A DNA stretch of 64,000 bases, taken from NCBI GenBank assembly GCA_016182915.1, contig JACPFP010000003.1, forward strand, positions 187,685 to 251,684, given 5' to 3'. Position 1 is the stretch's first letter. Every line of letters begins with the position of its first letter. Below, one piece after another: positions 28,722 through 38,803 of the stretch. The DNA comes from Candidatus Dojkabacteria bacterium. GTDB lineage: Bacteria; Patescibacteriota; Dojkabacteria; SC72. The translations under genes were made by a program, and so were the position numbers. The notes under the pieces were generated by a model. It searched no databases. It saw nothing but the letters and a program-made list of their open reading frames with translations, and was not told where the DNA came from.

Positions 28722-29910
28722 CTAAAGTTTTTTCATAATATGTTATTAATGCTTGCGTTCTTTTTTCATTTCGAATCACCTTGTATAATATATTAACATT
28801 TTTCTTCATTTCCTTATATTTATTACTCGATAGATTTAAAATCTTTTCTACTTTATCTTCCAAGTCATTGCTATCAGAGTTTATGAATATATAACCGGTT
28901 TCATTATTAATAATCATTTCTTCCAGACTTGAGTTATCGGATCCAATAACGGGGATCCCTAAACTAATCGCTTCAATACAGGCATTAGGTGAATTATCTA
29001 TTCTAGAGGGGAATATACAACAATAGGAACCTTGAATTAACGAGAACAGTTCTTTTTTTTCCAATTGATCTTTTATAATAATCCTACTAGACTTTTTGCC
29101 AATCTTTTCATTAATATATGTAGCAACAGGTCCATATCCGGGAATCCCATAATCTTTTCCAACAAATAAAAAGAGTATGTCTTTATATTTATTTATAAGA
29201 TTAGGGATAATATCTACTATTAGATCCGTACCTTTTAGTCTACTCAGACTACCAAAGTATGTTATAGTTTTAAAATTTCTTAACTTCTTTTTTGTAGACT
29301 CTTCCAATACTTCATGCCTATTCAAAAAACTTCTATCCACAGGGGTTTTTATAACCGTAATCTCTATTTTTAGCTTAGTAAAATATATCTCCTTTAGCAG
29401 TTTACTCGGAGAGAATACTGAAAAAGACCTATTTACAGATAGTAATTCTAGGGTATCTTCAATATTATTAATGAAATTATTTTTTTTACCGTAAGCTTCC
29501 CTATATAACTTTGCATAGCTCGATATACGGCATATAATCGGAAATTTATTATTGCGAATAAATAGTAATGGTGAAAGATAGTTAGGAGCCTGCAATATGT
29601 CAATCTTCTCCCGTCTATTAAATTTCATTACTACCCGACTGAATTTATACGAATTAAGTAAGACTCTGAAAACACGAAGGGTTTGATTTAAAGCATTGCC
29701 GTCTATCCCTTTCCAATAATCCTGAGCTTTAAAAGATATTAGATTTACATTATTTACCTTTCTAGTAAAATCTTTTTCTCCGGCAATAATAATACTTACT
29801 ACATGCCCCAAATCTGCTAAGCCCTGTGAAATCTTACGAGTATATTCCGCAATACCTCCACTTTGAGAAGTTACCCCTGGATATTCTGTTGTTAGAAAGA
29901 CAATATGCAT
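28699..29910 (-). CDS. glycosyltransferase family 4
   Basis: GGIAEY, GSLSRLKG, PSRIDNSPNACIEA. Confidence 0.9.
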   Translation of the reverse strand: MHIVFLTTEYPGVTSQSGGIAEYTRKISQGLADLGHVVSIIIAGEKDFTRKVNNVNLISFKAQDYWKGIDGNALNQTLRVFRVLLNSYKFSRVVMKFNRREKIDILQAPNYLSPLLFIRNNKFPIICRISSYAKLYREAYGKKNNFINNIEDTLELLSVNRSFSVFSPSKLLKEIYFTKLKIEITVIKTPVDRSFLNRHEVLEESTKKKLRNFKTITYFGSLSRLKGTDLIVDIIPNLINKYKDILFLFVGKDYGIPGYGPVATYINEKIGKKSSRIIIKDQLEKKELFSLIQGSYCCIFPSRIDNSPNACIEAISLGIPVIGSDNSSLEEMIINNETGYIFINSDSNDLEDKVEKILNLSSNKYKEMKKNVNILYKVIRNEKRTQALITYYEKTLDDFNSKK

Positions 29911-29926
29911 ACTATTACAATTTTAG

Positions 29927-30580
29927 CTATATATTACGTAAAGCATTAAATACTTGAGACCTATTTAAATCAGTCGGTAAAGACTTATTTAGAAAATCGA
30001 TTCCAGTAGAAATTAGTTCATCGAAAGTTCTATCGTTAACTATCCTGAGGGCATTTTCTGGCCCATAAATTCCGATTATTTTTTCTAGAGCATAATCTAT
30101 TAACTCAGTAGTTTCCCATTCATTTAAGAAATCAATACTCGCGGGCCTTCTCTGAATAATTCTTTGCCTAAGAACTGATTCACTGCCTGGCGATAAACAA
30201 AGAAGAACTTTAGGGACAACTATATCTTCTGCTTCAGATAACCTCTGGAACACATCCAAAGAGTACTCGTATACATTTGGTTTCTCTGGAAATCTCTTAA
30301 ATAATACATACTCATAAAGGACATATGTCCATAGAGTTCTATCCATAACAACAGTATTTCCTCTTTGTGCTTCCTTTAATGCCTCTTCACTTCTTCTTTT
30401 TTCCACCTCAGCAAAGAAGTCTAGATTTTTCCTTGCTGAATCAAAATCCCAAGGTTGGCTGGGAAACTCATCAACATAATAACTGGGCTCATTAATTACA
30501 GAATATCCATAATTAGCAAGACCTTTTGCAAGCTCAGATTTTCCACTAAACGAGTTCCCTTCAACACCAACAATACTCAT
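29927..30580 (-). CDS. deoxynucleoside/thymidylate kinase-like P-loop protein
   Basis: VEGNSFSGKS, EP, MDRT motifs. Confidence 0.8.
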   Translation of the reverse strand: MSIVGVEGNSFSGKSELAKGLANYGYSVINEPSYYVDEFPSQPWDFDSARKNLDFFAEVEKRRSEEALKEAQRGNTVVMDRTLWTYVLYEYVLFKRFPEKPNVYEYSLDVFQRLSEAEDIVVPKVLLCLSPGSESVLRQRIIQRRPASIDFLNEWETTELIDYALEKIIGIYGPENALRIVNDRTFDELISTGIDFLNKSLPTDLNRSQVFNALRNI

Positions 30581-32079
30581 CTTTCTGTTTTTCTTTTGAT
30601 AATATTAGTTCCAATAACTACGTTTTTAAATACATCCGCAAAACCTAATATCAGGCCCCAACTATGTGTCAGATAAACAGGGAACACGGATAACCAATCT
30701 AATACACTTAGCTCTAAATTTGTTTGTTCAGGAAATAGATATGGGTATTTTTTTATACTTCTGAAAGTCAAAACCCATGATAACAATGAATAAAAGAGAA
30801 AACTTGAGAAAGCTATAGAGAATAGCTTAAGATCAGAAATCAATATCGGATATAGAAATATAAATACCCAATAAAAAGAGGTCAGTAGCCATTGGACGCT
30901 TCGTAAGACGCCTCTTGTTGCCCAGAAAAAAGCATATATCTTATATTTAGGAGATAGGTTGAAACTTTTTAGTGCATAGGTATAATATTTAGGGTAGTAA
31001 GCAACTCCATAAAACCAAGTTCTATACTGAGTAAAAACACCCTTGATTGTGGAAGGAGTATCCGCGTTCTCAAGTGATGGATAAATATCTACAAACTCAT
31101 TATTAACTCTTAACATATAACCAAGTGGAAGATCTTCGTTGAAAAACTTTGTGGGGAAATCTCCAACTTTCTCCAAAGTCTCTAAGTCTATAGCTAATCC
31201 GTGCCTTACAACATGAAAGAGTTCAAGAAAATTAAGTATGTTAGATTTTCGCTGAGAGTGAATCCGTGGGATTTCGTGTGCCAAAGTCCATCTTGACTGT
31301 AACATACCATTTCCTTTTAAAAAAGCTTTTCTGAGGGAGCCACTAGGTTCTTGGAAATTTTTTAAAAATAGTGATGATTGTTGGATTGTATTTCCAGATA
31401 TATTTTGAAGAATCTCTAGATGATTCTTCTGAATAACAGAATCCGCATTATAAATGCAAATCATGTTATTTTGTCCCGAGTATTTTTTACGAATATACGC
31501 ACAGGCGTAATTTAACTGATGAGCCATTACTCCCTTGATTTTAGGGTATTTTAAAATTTCAACTTTATCGTTTGGCGTTTTCGCCAACATAACCTCTAGT
31601 ATATCCTGAGTCAGGGGTTTTTCATTATACATTTTTAACAGGAACTGCTCTTTCTGGTTATCTGGAATATTTTGTAATCTCTCATATACCTGTTTTGCAT
31701 AACCTTCGTAAAAGTAGCCTAATGAGGCTTCTAAAAAGCCATCCAATGAATTAAACTTTAGAATTTTTCTAACAACATCTTTCTTAAAAGTCCCCCGATT
31801 ATTCTTATGTTCAAACTCCTCCTTTTTTGAAGTAATAAAAATGAGTTTATAATCTCCGTTCAGTTTTGAAAATATATTTAGAAGACGAGGGAGAACCTCC
31901 TGTTCTCTTAAAAGAGGTATTAAAATGAAATAGTTCCTAGTCAGGAGACTATTTGATTTAGACATTGCGCTTTTATATTTCTTATTTAGTATCTTTACGG
32001 AGTTTAGGATAGAGATGTTGGAAATGAGACTCCTTAAAAACCCGTATATTAATAGCACAATATAAAGATAGTAAATCAC
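30577..32079 (-). CDS. membrane glycosyltransferase family 2
   Basis: IPLLREQ, AHQLNYA, YNADS, HGL, NEDL, QYRTW; N- and C-terminal TM helices. Confidence 0.82.
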   Translation of the reverse strand: MIYYLYIVLLIYGFLRSLISNISILNSVKILNKKYKSAMSKSNSLLTRNYFILIPLLREQEVLPRLLNIFSKLNGDYKLIFITSKKEEFEHKNNRGTFKKDVVRKILKFNSLDGFLEASLGYFYEGYAKQVYERLQNIPDNQKEQFLLKMYNEKPLTQDILEVMLAKTPNDKVEILKYPKIKGVMAHQLNYACAYIRKKYSGQNNMICIYNADSVIQKNHLEILQNISGNTIQQSSLFLKNFQEPSGSLRKAFLKGNGMLQSRWTLAHEIPRIHSQRKSNILNFLELFHVVRHGLAIDLETLEKVGDFPTKFFNEDLPLGYMLRVNNEFVDIYPSLENADTPSTIKGVFTQYRTWFYGVAYYPKYYTYALKSFNLSPKYKIYAFFWATRGVLRSVQWLLTSFYWVFIFLYPILISDLKLFSIAFSSFLFYSLLSWVLTFRSIKKYPYLFPEQTNLELSVLDWLSVFPVYLTHSWGLILGFADVFKNVVIGTNIIKRKTER

Positions 32080-32187
32080 GGGCCAATTATACTACAGGTT
32101 TATTTGGAAATCTATTATTACTTATCCCATATTCAGATGGTATACTTTTCCCAACAAAGATTTTAATCAAGTGGTAATCTAAACATT

Positions 32188-32766
32188 ATGAAAACTCAAT
32201 TTAAAACATTCAACTGGGGTGAAAATACAGAAGTACGATTCCAACCTTTTACAGAGATACCTAAAGACATCCCAGTAACCGCATGTATGGTAATGGCAAC
32301 AGTTAATAATGAATACATGGTTTTATCAAGCCCACAGAGAGGTTGGGGATTGCCAGGTGGACATAGTGAGGAAGGCGAAACGCCACAATACACAGCTATA
32401 CGCGAACTTCGTGAAGAAGCTGCTGTTGAAATAGATAAGAATAGTTTACAAGTTGTTGGTGGATGGCTTGCGAAGAAGGTTCGTAAAACTGCTAAAAACA
32501 GTAAGTATCCTGAACTCGCCTATCAATTATTGTTTATAGCTGATATCACTAAAATTAATCAATTCTCAAAAAGATTTGAGATTTACGACCGTATCTTTGT
32601 ACCTATAGAAGAAGTAACCCGATATGCTGGAGGAGAAAACTTTATACCAATATTCAACTATGTAACTAAAACATATAAAGAAAGGTTTACAAAAATAAGG
32701 CAGAAAGACAAGGATTCAATCATCATTCCCTCTGATAATGCTAAAAATTTAAATCAAACCCAATAG
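32188..32766 (+). CDS. NUDIX hydrolase
   Basis: PGGHSEEGETPQYTAIRELREEA Nudix box. Confidence 0.9.
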   Translation: MKTQFKTFNWGENTEVRFQPFTEIPKDIPVTACMVMATVNNEYMVLSSPQRGWGLPGGHSEEGETPQYTAIRELREEAAVEIDKNSLQVVGGWLAKKVRKTAKNSKYPELAYQLLFIADITKINQFSKRFEIYDRIFVPIEEVTRYAGGENFIPIFNYVTKTYKERFTKIRQKDKDSIIIPSDNAKNLNQTQ

Positions 32767-32847
32767 GAGCGCTCAGAAATCTATTACTTCTTCTATGTTT
32801 GATTTTGGCCTCCAGAATCTCATTCTCCTTTTTGGTATAATAACACT

Positions 32848-33198
32848 ATGAAGAATACTCGTATCTTTAAAATGTCCTTTGCAACTGTATACCCGCTATA
32901 TATCAAAAAGGTAGAGAGAAAGGGTCGAACAAGAGAGGAAGTAAATACAATCATATATTGGTTAACAGGATATAATCATCAATCCCTACAGAAACAAATT
33001 AAGAAAGAGAATGATTTTGAGACATTCTTTAAAGAAGCACCACAGATAAATCCTAATGTTTCCCTAATTAAAGGTGTAATTTGCGGATATCGTGTAGAAG
33101 AGATTGAAGACAAACTAATGCAAAAGATCAGGTACATGGATCTATTGATAGACGAACTAGCAAGAGGAAAGACAATGGAAAAGATATTAAGAAAATAA
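32848..33198 (+). CDS. DUF2200 family protein
   Basis: VYPLYI.KVERKGRT, WLTGY, GVICGYRVEEI, IRYMD.LIDELARGK. Confidence 0.9.
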   Translation: MKNTRIFKMSFATVYPLYIKKVERKGRTREEVNTIIYWLTGYNHQSLQKQIKKENDFETFFKEAPQINPNVSLIKGVICGYRVEEIEDKLMQKIRYMDLLIDELARGKTMEKILRK

Positions 33199-33319
33199 GG
33201 TTTTACATTGACTATATTCTCTCATATCAATATAATCACACTCGAAATACTATGTTTTAAACAAGTATCGATAGTTAAATCTAATACTACCCCGAAATAA
33301 GTTTAAGGAATTAAGTAAA

Positions 33320-33706
33320 ATGGTAGATCTTTGGGGAAAAGACGTAATCATTATCTACAATACATCTCCTGAACATGAGGATTTAGCGGAAGAGTTAAAG
33401 CAGACTGCCTACGAACTACTATCAGAAGATAAAAATACAGTTGTTAAACAAGTTAATCACCAAGAATTAAAAGATCTAAGGGTAGGTGGGGTTAAAAGTT
33501 TTACATTCTTTACGATGAATGCACAGGATAGTTATAACTTAAAGGGATATTTGCAAAGTAAAGGCATATGGATTTCTGCACAGGACTCCAACTTGGTTAG
33601 AAGGTTTATGGTTTCAGGTCCTGAAGAGATGATTAGTAAGTTAGAGTCATTGAAAGATGGAGTCATGGAGTGGGATGAAGTAACGGAGGTTAAGAAGAAG
33701 GTTTAA
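33320..33706 (+). CDS. hypothetical protein
   Basis: 128-aa ORF with AAGGA upstream. Confidence 0.65.
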   Translation: MVDLWGKDVIIIYNTSPEHEDLAEELKQTAYELLSEDKNTVVKQVNHQELKDLRVGGVKSFTFFTMNAQDSYNLKGYLQSKGIWISAQDSNLVRRFMVSGPEEMISKLESLKDGVMEWDEVTEVKKKV

Positions 33707-33757
33707 TTCCACTTCAGTAATGATGTAATACGTAAACTTTTATACTATAATGCGCAA

Positions 33758-34960
33758 GTGGAATCCTCAACCAGAAAATCAATGGATCGAAATGTAAAAC
33801 TCTATATATGGATTCAACCCCTGTTGGGACTACTCTTCACCATTCCCGTCTGGGTCGCCTTTCAGCAGAGATTTCTTTCGTATACCGGCATGGCTCTAAT
33901 GGAGTCCTCCTCCTTCCTTATAACAATGATATTTGAACTTCCCTCTGGAGTATTAGCAGATCTAATTGGTAGAAGAAAAACGATAATAATTGGGTGGGCA
34001 ATGGTATTCATTGGTTATATTGTTGAAGGGTTTTCTTTTAATTTAGGACTAATGTTAATTGGATACTTTCTTGTTGCAACTGGGGCTGCTTTTGTTTCTG
34101 GGGCAGATGAAGCTATATTTTACGATTCTCTGAAAGCACTTGGTCGTGAATCTGAATTTTCTGCATTAAATGCGAGAGGTCTTCTACTCTACCGATCGTC
34201 AATGATACTTGCAATGTTTACAGGTGGATATTTTTACTCTATTTACTTTGGTCTCCCATATATATTCAGAGGACTTGGTGTCTTAGCTGCAACAATACTT
34301 GCCTTCTATATGATCGAGCCATACATTGATACACAAAAGTTCTCCTTTAAAGGATATTATGACAAATTAAAATCAGGTGTAACCGAATTACTTAAGAGCA
34401 AATATACCAAAGCTCTTTCAGTTTATTATGTATTAATGGCTGGGGTCTCCTGGTCATGCCTTTACTACTTCAACAACCCACTTGCTAATGATGTTGGTTA
34501 CACACCAATTCAACAGAGCTATGTATTTGCAGGTATCTATGTAGTTACAACTACCGCACTAGCTATTATTGTGAGCAAGAAGAGGATACTTGAGAAAAAG
34601 TTTGTATTTATTGCATTCCCAATTATTCTTATGCTTGGACTACTACCTGGAATATTTGCAAACAAGATATTGGTAATACCAATGCTTGCACTTGTAATTA
34701 TTGCAGGCGGAGCAAGGTTTGCAATTCTAAACTCATATACCAACGAAGAGATTTCATCTTCTAATAGAGCTACATCACTTTCAGCATTAAGCCTTCTTGT
34801 AAGTATATTTTGCGCTTTGATAATTAGTATCCTAGGTGTAGTTCAAGACAGATATGGTACCCAATTAGTATTCACCATTCTTGGATTAATAATCCTATTT
34901 ATTGGGATTCCTGCAACAGTATTAGTAGTCAACAAGCTAAGAGAAAGAGACCTTTCCTAA
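33758..34960 (+). CDS. MFS transporter
   Basis: About 12 TM; ELPSGVLADLIGRRK motif A; SGADEA..YDSL. Confidence 0.92.
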   Translation: MESSTRKSMDRNVKLYIWIQPLLGLLFTIPVWVAFQQRFLSYTGMALMESSSFLITMIFELPSGVLADLIGRRKTIIIGWAMVFIGYIVEGFSFNLGLMLIGYFLVATGAAFVSGADEAIFYDSLKALGRESEFSALNARGLLLYRSSMILAMFTGGYFYSIYFGLPYIFRGLGVLAATILAFYMIEPYIDTQKFSFKGYYDKLKSGVTELLKSKYTKALSVYYVLMAGVSWSCLYYFNNPLANDVGYTPIQQSYVFAGIYVVTTTALAIIVSKKRILEKKFVFIAFPIILMLGLLPGIFANKILVIPMLALVIIAGGARFAILNSYTNEEISSSNRATSLSALSLLVSIFCALIISILGVVQDRYGTQLVFTILGLIILFIGIPATVLVVNKLRERDLS

Positions 34961-35940
34961 TCTTCTACTACTTTCCTCAACTCATTTAATAGGTTATCTT
35001 CAACATCAATCTCCCCAGATTCTATTACTTGCTTTGTCATTCTATCTCCTCTTTCACCAGGAATCATAATTTCACTAGTTCCAGGCGTTTTCCTTGATTC
35101 TTTAATCCGAGCTACGATATTTGAAACTTCCTTCTTGAAATCATCCTTCTCTCTTAACAGGTTTGGATCGATTGCTATAACAAAGTTTCCTGCATTATCA
35201 CTATCAGAATTGAAAGACTCTGCTGAAACTAATGCACCTGCCAGTACTTGAACAAGTAGCGCAAGGCCAGAACCTTTATGCCCAGCCATTGTTTTGATTG
35301 CTCCTCCCATAATTGAGGCAGGATCAGTAGTTTCAGTTCCTTCTGAATCATAGCCAAAAGTCTCTGGAAGCTGCCTCCCAGCAGTTTTTGCCTCAATTAG
35401 ACCGTAATATGCTACAGCTGAAGTTGTCATATCGAAAACAATCTCACCATCTTGAGATGGTATTCCGTAGGCCAAAGGATTTGTACAGAACATAGCTTCA
35501 TTTGAACCGAAAGGTGCAGTTGTTTTAAATGGAGAAGCGGAAAAAGCGAGACCTATATATCCGGCTTTTGCAATTTTCCCTGCGTAGTATCCAATTGCTC
35601 CTGTTGATTCTGCAGTATTGTAATTTCCAACGATGGCAATTCCACTTGTCTTTGCTTTTTCAATAGCAATATCAGCAATTGCATTCATCACGACCATAGC
35701 ATGAGTAAAGTTACCGTTAACTAAGGCAGAAACAGGGGTATCTTTAACAACCTCAAATGGCTTCCCTTCAGTATTTCTAGGGATACCTTTCCCAATCAAC
35801 TTAACTATTCCCTGATTATTTCCTCTCATCTGTGCGTACATTAAAACTTCTCTTAGAACTTGGGCCTCTTCATCTGAATATCCATACTTCTTTAGAGCTT
35901 TAGAAACGAGTTCATTTAAGTCATTGAGTGCAATTTTCAT
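34957..35940 (-). CDS. Ldh_2 family (malate/L-lactate/sulfolactate-type) oxidoreductase
   Basis: TNPLAYGIP, DMTTS, GHKGSGLAL, IPGER. Confidence 0.88.
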   Translation of the reverse strand: MKIALNDLNELVSKALKKYGYSDEEAQVLREVLMYAQMRGNNQGIVKLIGKGIPRNTEGKPFEVVKDTPVSALVNGNFTHAMVVMNAIADIAIEKAKTSGIAIVGNYNTAESTGAIGYYAGKIAKAGYIGLAFSASPFKTTAPFGSNEAMFCTNPLAYGIPSQDGEIVFDMTTSAVAYYGLIEAKTAGRQLPETFGYDSEGTETTDPASIMGGAIKTMAGHKGSGLALLVQVLAGALVSAESFNSDSDNAGNFVIAIDPNLLREKDDFKKEVSNIVARIKESRKTPGTSEIMIPGERGDRMTKQVIESGEIDVEDNLLNELRKVVED

Positions 35941-36014
35941 AGAGGTACAAGATTATTTTATTACCCATAGTTTATAGCAAAAATATTAAAAAGGCCAACC
36001 CGTAGACCAGTTAG

Positions 36015-36512
36015 TTAGGAGGAAGAAACGTTATCCTTAATCCATTGTATAGGGTTATCTTCAGGATTGAATACAAGTGTCTCTTCATTATCTGATGGTG
36101 GTACGAATTTCAGTATAGATTCCTCAAGCTTATCTTCAGATACCGTATGTCGTAACTTCATCTTTATATTCCCATCTCTTCTCCCTTTAATAATTTCTAT
36201 AGGAGTACTCAAATATATAACTCTAAATTCAGCATCATTTCTATTAGCGATACTTCTAAGACGCTCTCTTTGATCTGGTGTATCATTTAAAGAATCATAT
36301 GCTACCGATTTTCCACGAGAGAGTAGATTTGAAATATCTCTATCTATAAGCTCGGTCACTGATTCATAAGTAAGATTCTTGGTACTCTTTTCTAATTCTT
36401 GCCAAACGTTATCAAATGAAATTGTTACGATATCTGTATTTTCAGATATGGATTTTAACAGGGTTGACTTACCTGAGAATGGCAAACCCGACAGTGCAAA
36501 TAGTGTCTTCAT
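36015..36512 (-). CDS. AAA_33-type P-loop kinase
   Basis: GLPFSGKST, YDSLN....R. Confidence 0.85.
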   Translation of the reverse strand: MKTLFALSGLPFSGKSTLLKSISENTDIVTISFDNVWQELEKSTKNLTYESVTELIDRDISNLLSRGKSVAYDSLNDTPDQRERLRSIANRNDAEFRVIYLSTPIEIIKGRRDGNIKMKLRHTVSEDKLEESILKFVPPSDNEETLVFNPEDNPIQWIKDNVSSS

Positions 36513-36529
36513 AACGATTATATCGTGAC

Positions 36530-37351
36530 TTAATTAGCCCAGATTACAAACGTTAGAACTTTCCTTCCTTCACCTAAATCTCGCTCATAAAGGGAGCTAT
36601 GATTATCTGAAGATACCCTTATTGCCTTCCCCCACTCACTTGCATTTGAGCTATCAAAATCTACGAAACCATTTCCTCCACGGGAAGTCTGAGAAATTGA
36701 GCTAAGTGAATCCAAATGAGAGTATATACTTACCAACTGATCGTAGTCATGTTGATTTGGGTGTTCATTGTTTAACGAGCCATTAGTACCAGCAGTCCCT
36801 GAAGGATTACTCGTATAGTCCATGCAAGAGCCTAAGTTTGTATTATCAAAGTTCTCATCCTGGTGGTCTAGACCAAATATATGCCCTACCTCCTGACACA
36901 TTACAAATCTCTTCCACGATGGAGTGTTGTATCTTGCAGTATTAAAATATGTATCATTCAATTTTACAGTTCCCTTTGTTATGTGTAATCCATTGATCCA
37001 AATAGATGCTATTCCCAACCATCCGTTCCTCCCATACTTGCTATTACACACCTCAACTCTTCCATCTGCCACTTTACACGTCTTTGGACTTGTTTGACCA
37101 GCAACTACTGTTGTATCAAGCACCGAAGAGGCACTCCAATCACTTGAGGCAGTTAATAAGTATGTATCCCAATTCGTTGATACATTATCTCCAAGTCCAA
37201 GAACCAATGGATTTACACTTCTCTCCCAGTGATATCCTCCCCATGAGTGGTTTGCATATACAGAGGGGACTAAGGCAGAAACAGAAAAGATATCTATTAA
37301 TACTAATATTGCTAAAAATCTCTTTATAGGAAAGGTTTTAAGGATATTCAT
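36530..37351 (-). CDS. secreted metzincin-like protein (QExGHxxGLxH variant)
   Basis: Signal peptide; CQEVGHIFGLDH; SCM Met-turn. Confidence 0.75.
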   Translation of the reverse strand: MNILKTFPIKRFLAILVLIDIFSVSALVPSVYANHSWGGYHWERSVNPLVLGLGDNVSTNWDTYLLTASSDWSASSVLDTTVVAGQTSPKTCKVADGRVEVCNSKYGRNGWLGIASIWINGLHITKGTVKLNDTYFNTARYNTPSWKRFVMCQEVGHIFGLDHQDENFDNTNLGSCMDYTSNPSGTAGTNGSLNNEHPNQHDYDQLVSIYSHLDSLSSISQTSRGGNGFVDFDSSNASEWGKAIRVSSDNHSSLYERDLGEGRKVLTFVIWAN

Positions 37352-37531
37352 ATTATATTAATTATGCCTTACAATTAATTACTTAAAATGTAACATTTAC
37401 GATTGAAGATCTCAATCATTTAAAACGCTTATAACTAAAGGAAAAACTTTCACACAAACCTAGATATTTAAAACTAATCTTTTACAGTATAATCTAGATA
37501 CAACTGCCAAAAAGATTTTAAAGAAATATTA

Positions 37532-38257
37532 TTGAATAAACAGACTTTAGAACGAGAACTTGCAGCAACAGCTCTGGTTGATGGCAAAGACATTCATGAT
37601 TACGATGGATTAACGATAGTATCAAATAACCAAGAGCGAGTTCCTATAACCCATCGAGTAGTTGAAGTTGGAGGCAGTTTAAAAGCAGGAAAAACAAGTC
37701 TTATTATGAGCGTTAGAACAAAATTCTACCCTGCTCTAAACTTCGTTCCAGAAGATCCAAAATCTGCAATTGAAAAGGCTGGTACTTCTCCCTACGCAGT
37801 TGAGATGACAGAACACTATAAAGATTTTCAAATATTAGAAGTTCTAAGTACAATCAGTGAAATCGATGAGCAAATACTTCCTCCTTCACCAGTTATCTGT
37901 GAGCGATCTTTGATTGATCATATAGTATGGAAAAGAACGTTAATGATACTTGGGCTAGCAGATTTCCCAGAAATGGGTTTAAACTTAGAGCATACATTAT
38001 CACTCTTACATCCCGACGAAGTTGATTGGTCCTTTATAATGCTTTTAAATCAGCCACAAACATATTTCCAGAGAGGTGGACACAGTTTTGATATTGAGTT
38101 TCTGGAGGCGTTGAATAAACAATATATGAGGTTAGCAGAGGAGATAAACGATACGAGACCAAAATTGAACTTCTTATGTCTTGACACTTCAGGAGAATTT
38201 GAACCCTATATTTCCACTTTTAAGAATGCTGTACAGATGCTCATTTTTAACCATTAA
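37532..38257 (+). CDS. nucleoside/nucleotide kinase-like P-loop protein
   Basis: EVGGSLKAGKTS, ERSLID. Confidence 0.7.
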   Translation: MNKQTLERELAATALVDGKDIHDYDGLTIVSNNQERVPITHRVVEVGGSLKAGKTSLIMSVRTKFYPALNFVPEDPKSAIEKAGTSPYAVEMTEHYKDFQILEVLSTISEIDEQILPPSPVICERSLIDHIVWKRTLMILGLADFPEMGLNLEHTLSLLHPDEVDWSFIMLLNQPQTYFQRGGHSFDIEFLEALNKQYMRLAEEINDTRPKLNFLCLDTSGEFEPYISTFKNAVQMLIFNH

Positions 38258-38340
38258 TATCGACTGTCTACACGGAGAAGGGGCAAGCTTCTTACGCTTG
38301 AGTAACTTCAAATTATTATCTTTTGTGCTATCATTACCCA

Positions 38341-38754
38341 ATGAGAAATATACAGATTCATAAGGCTGCAGGAATAATAATAAAAGATAGAAGATTACTA
38401 ACTACTAGAGCCTTTGATAGCAATATATACATTGCTCCAGGAGGAAGTATTGAGGAGGGAGAAACAGGTGAAGAAGCATTGATTAGAGAGTTAAGCGAAG
38501 AACTCTCAATAACAGTTTCAACAGAAGACCTTACCTTCTTTGGAACTTTCTATGCAAATGCAGCTGACGATAAGGAAAAAATGTTACAGATGGATGTATA
38601 TACAGTTCAGAAATGGGAAGGAGAACTAAAACCAACAAGCGAAGTTAAAGAATTGAAATGGATTAGCTCAGAAGATTTGAAAACAACAAATGTAAGTTCA
38701 ATTTTTGCACATGAGGTTGTTCCAAGACTTAAAAGGATGGGAATAATAGATTAG
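38341..38754 (+). CDS. NUDIX hydrolase
   Basis: PGGSIEEGETGEEALIRELSEEL; ATG at 38341. Confidence 0.92.
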   Translation: MRNIQIHKAAGIIIKDRRLLTTRAFDSNIYIAPGGSIEEGETGEEALIRELSEELSITVSTEDLTFFGTFYANAADDKEKMLQMDVYTVQKWEGELKPTSEVKELKWISSEDLKTTNVSSIFAHEVVPRLKRMGIID

Positions 38755-38803
38755 CCTGTTCCTTTTTTTGCTATACTAAAATATAACTTTACTACCTAGT
38801 AAA

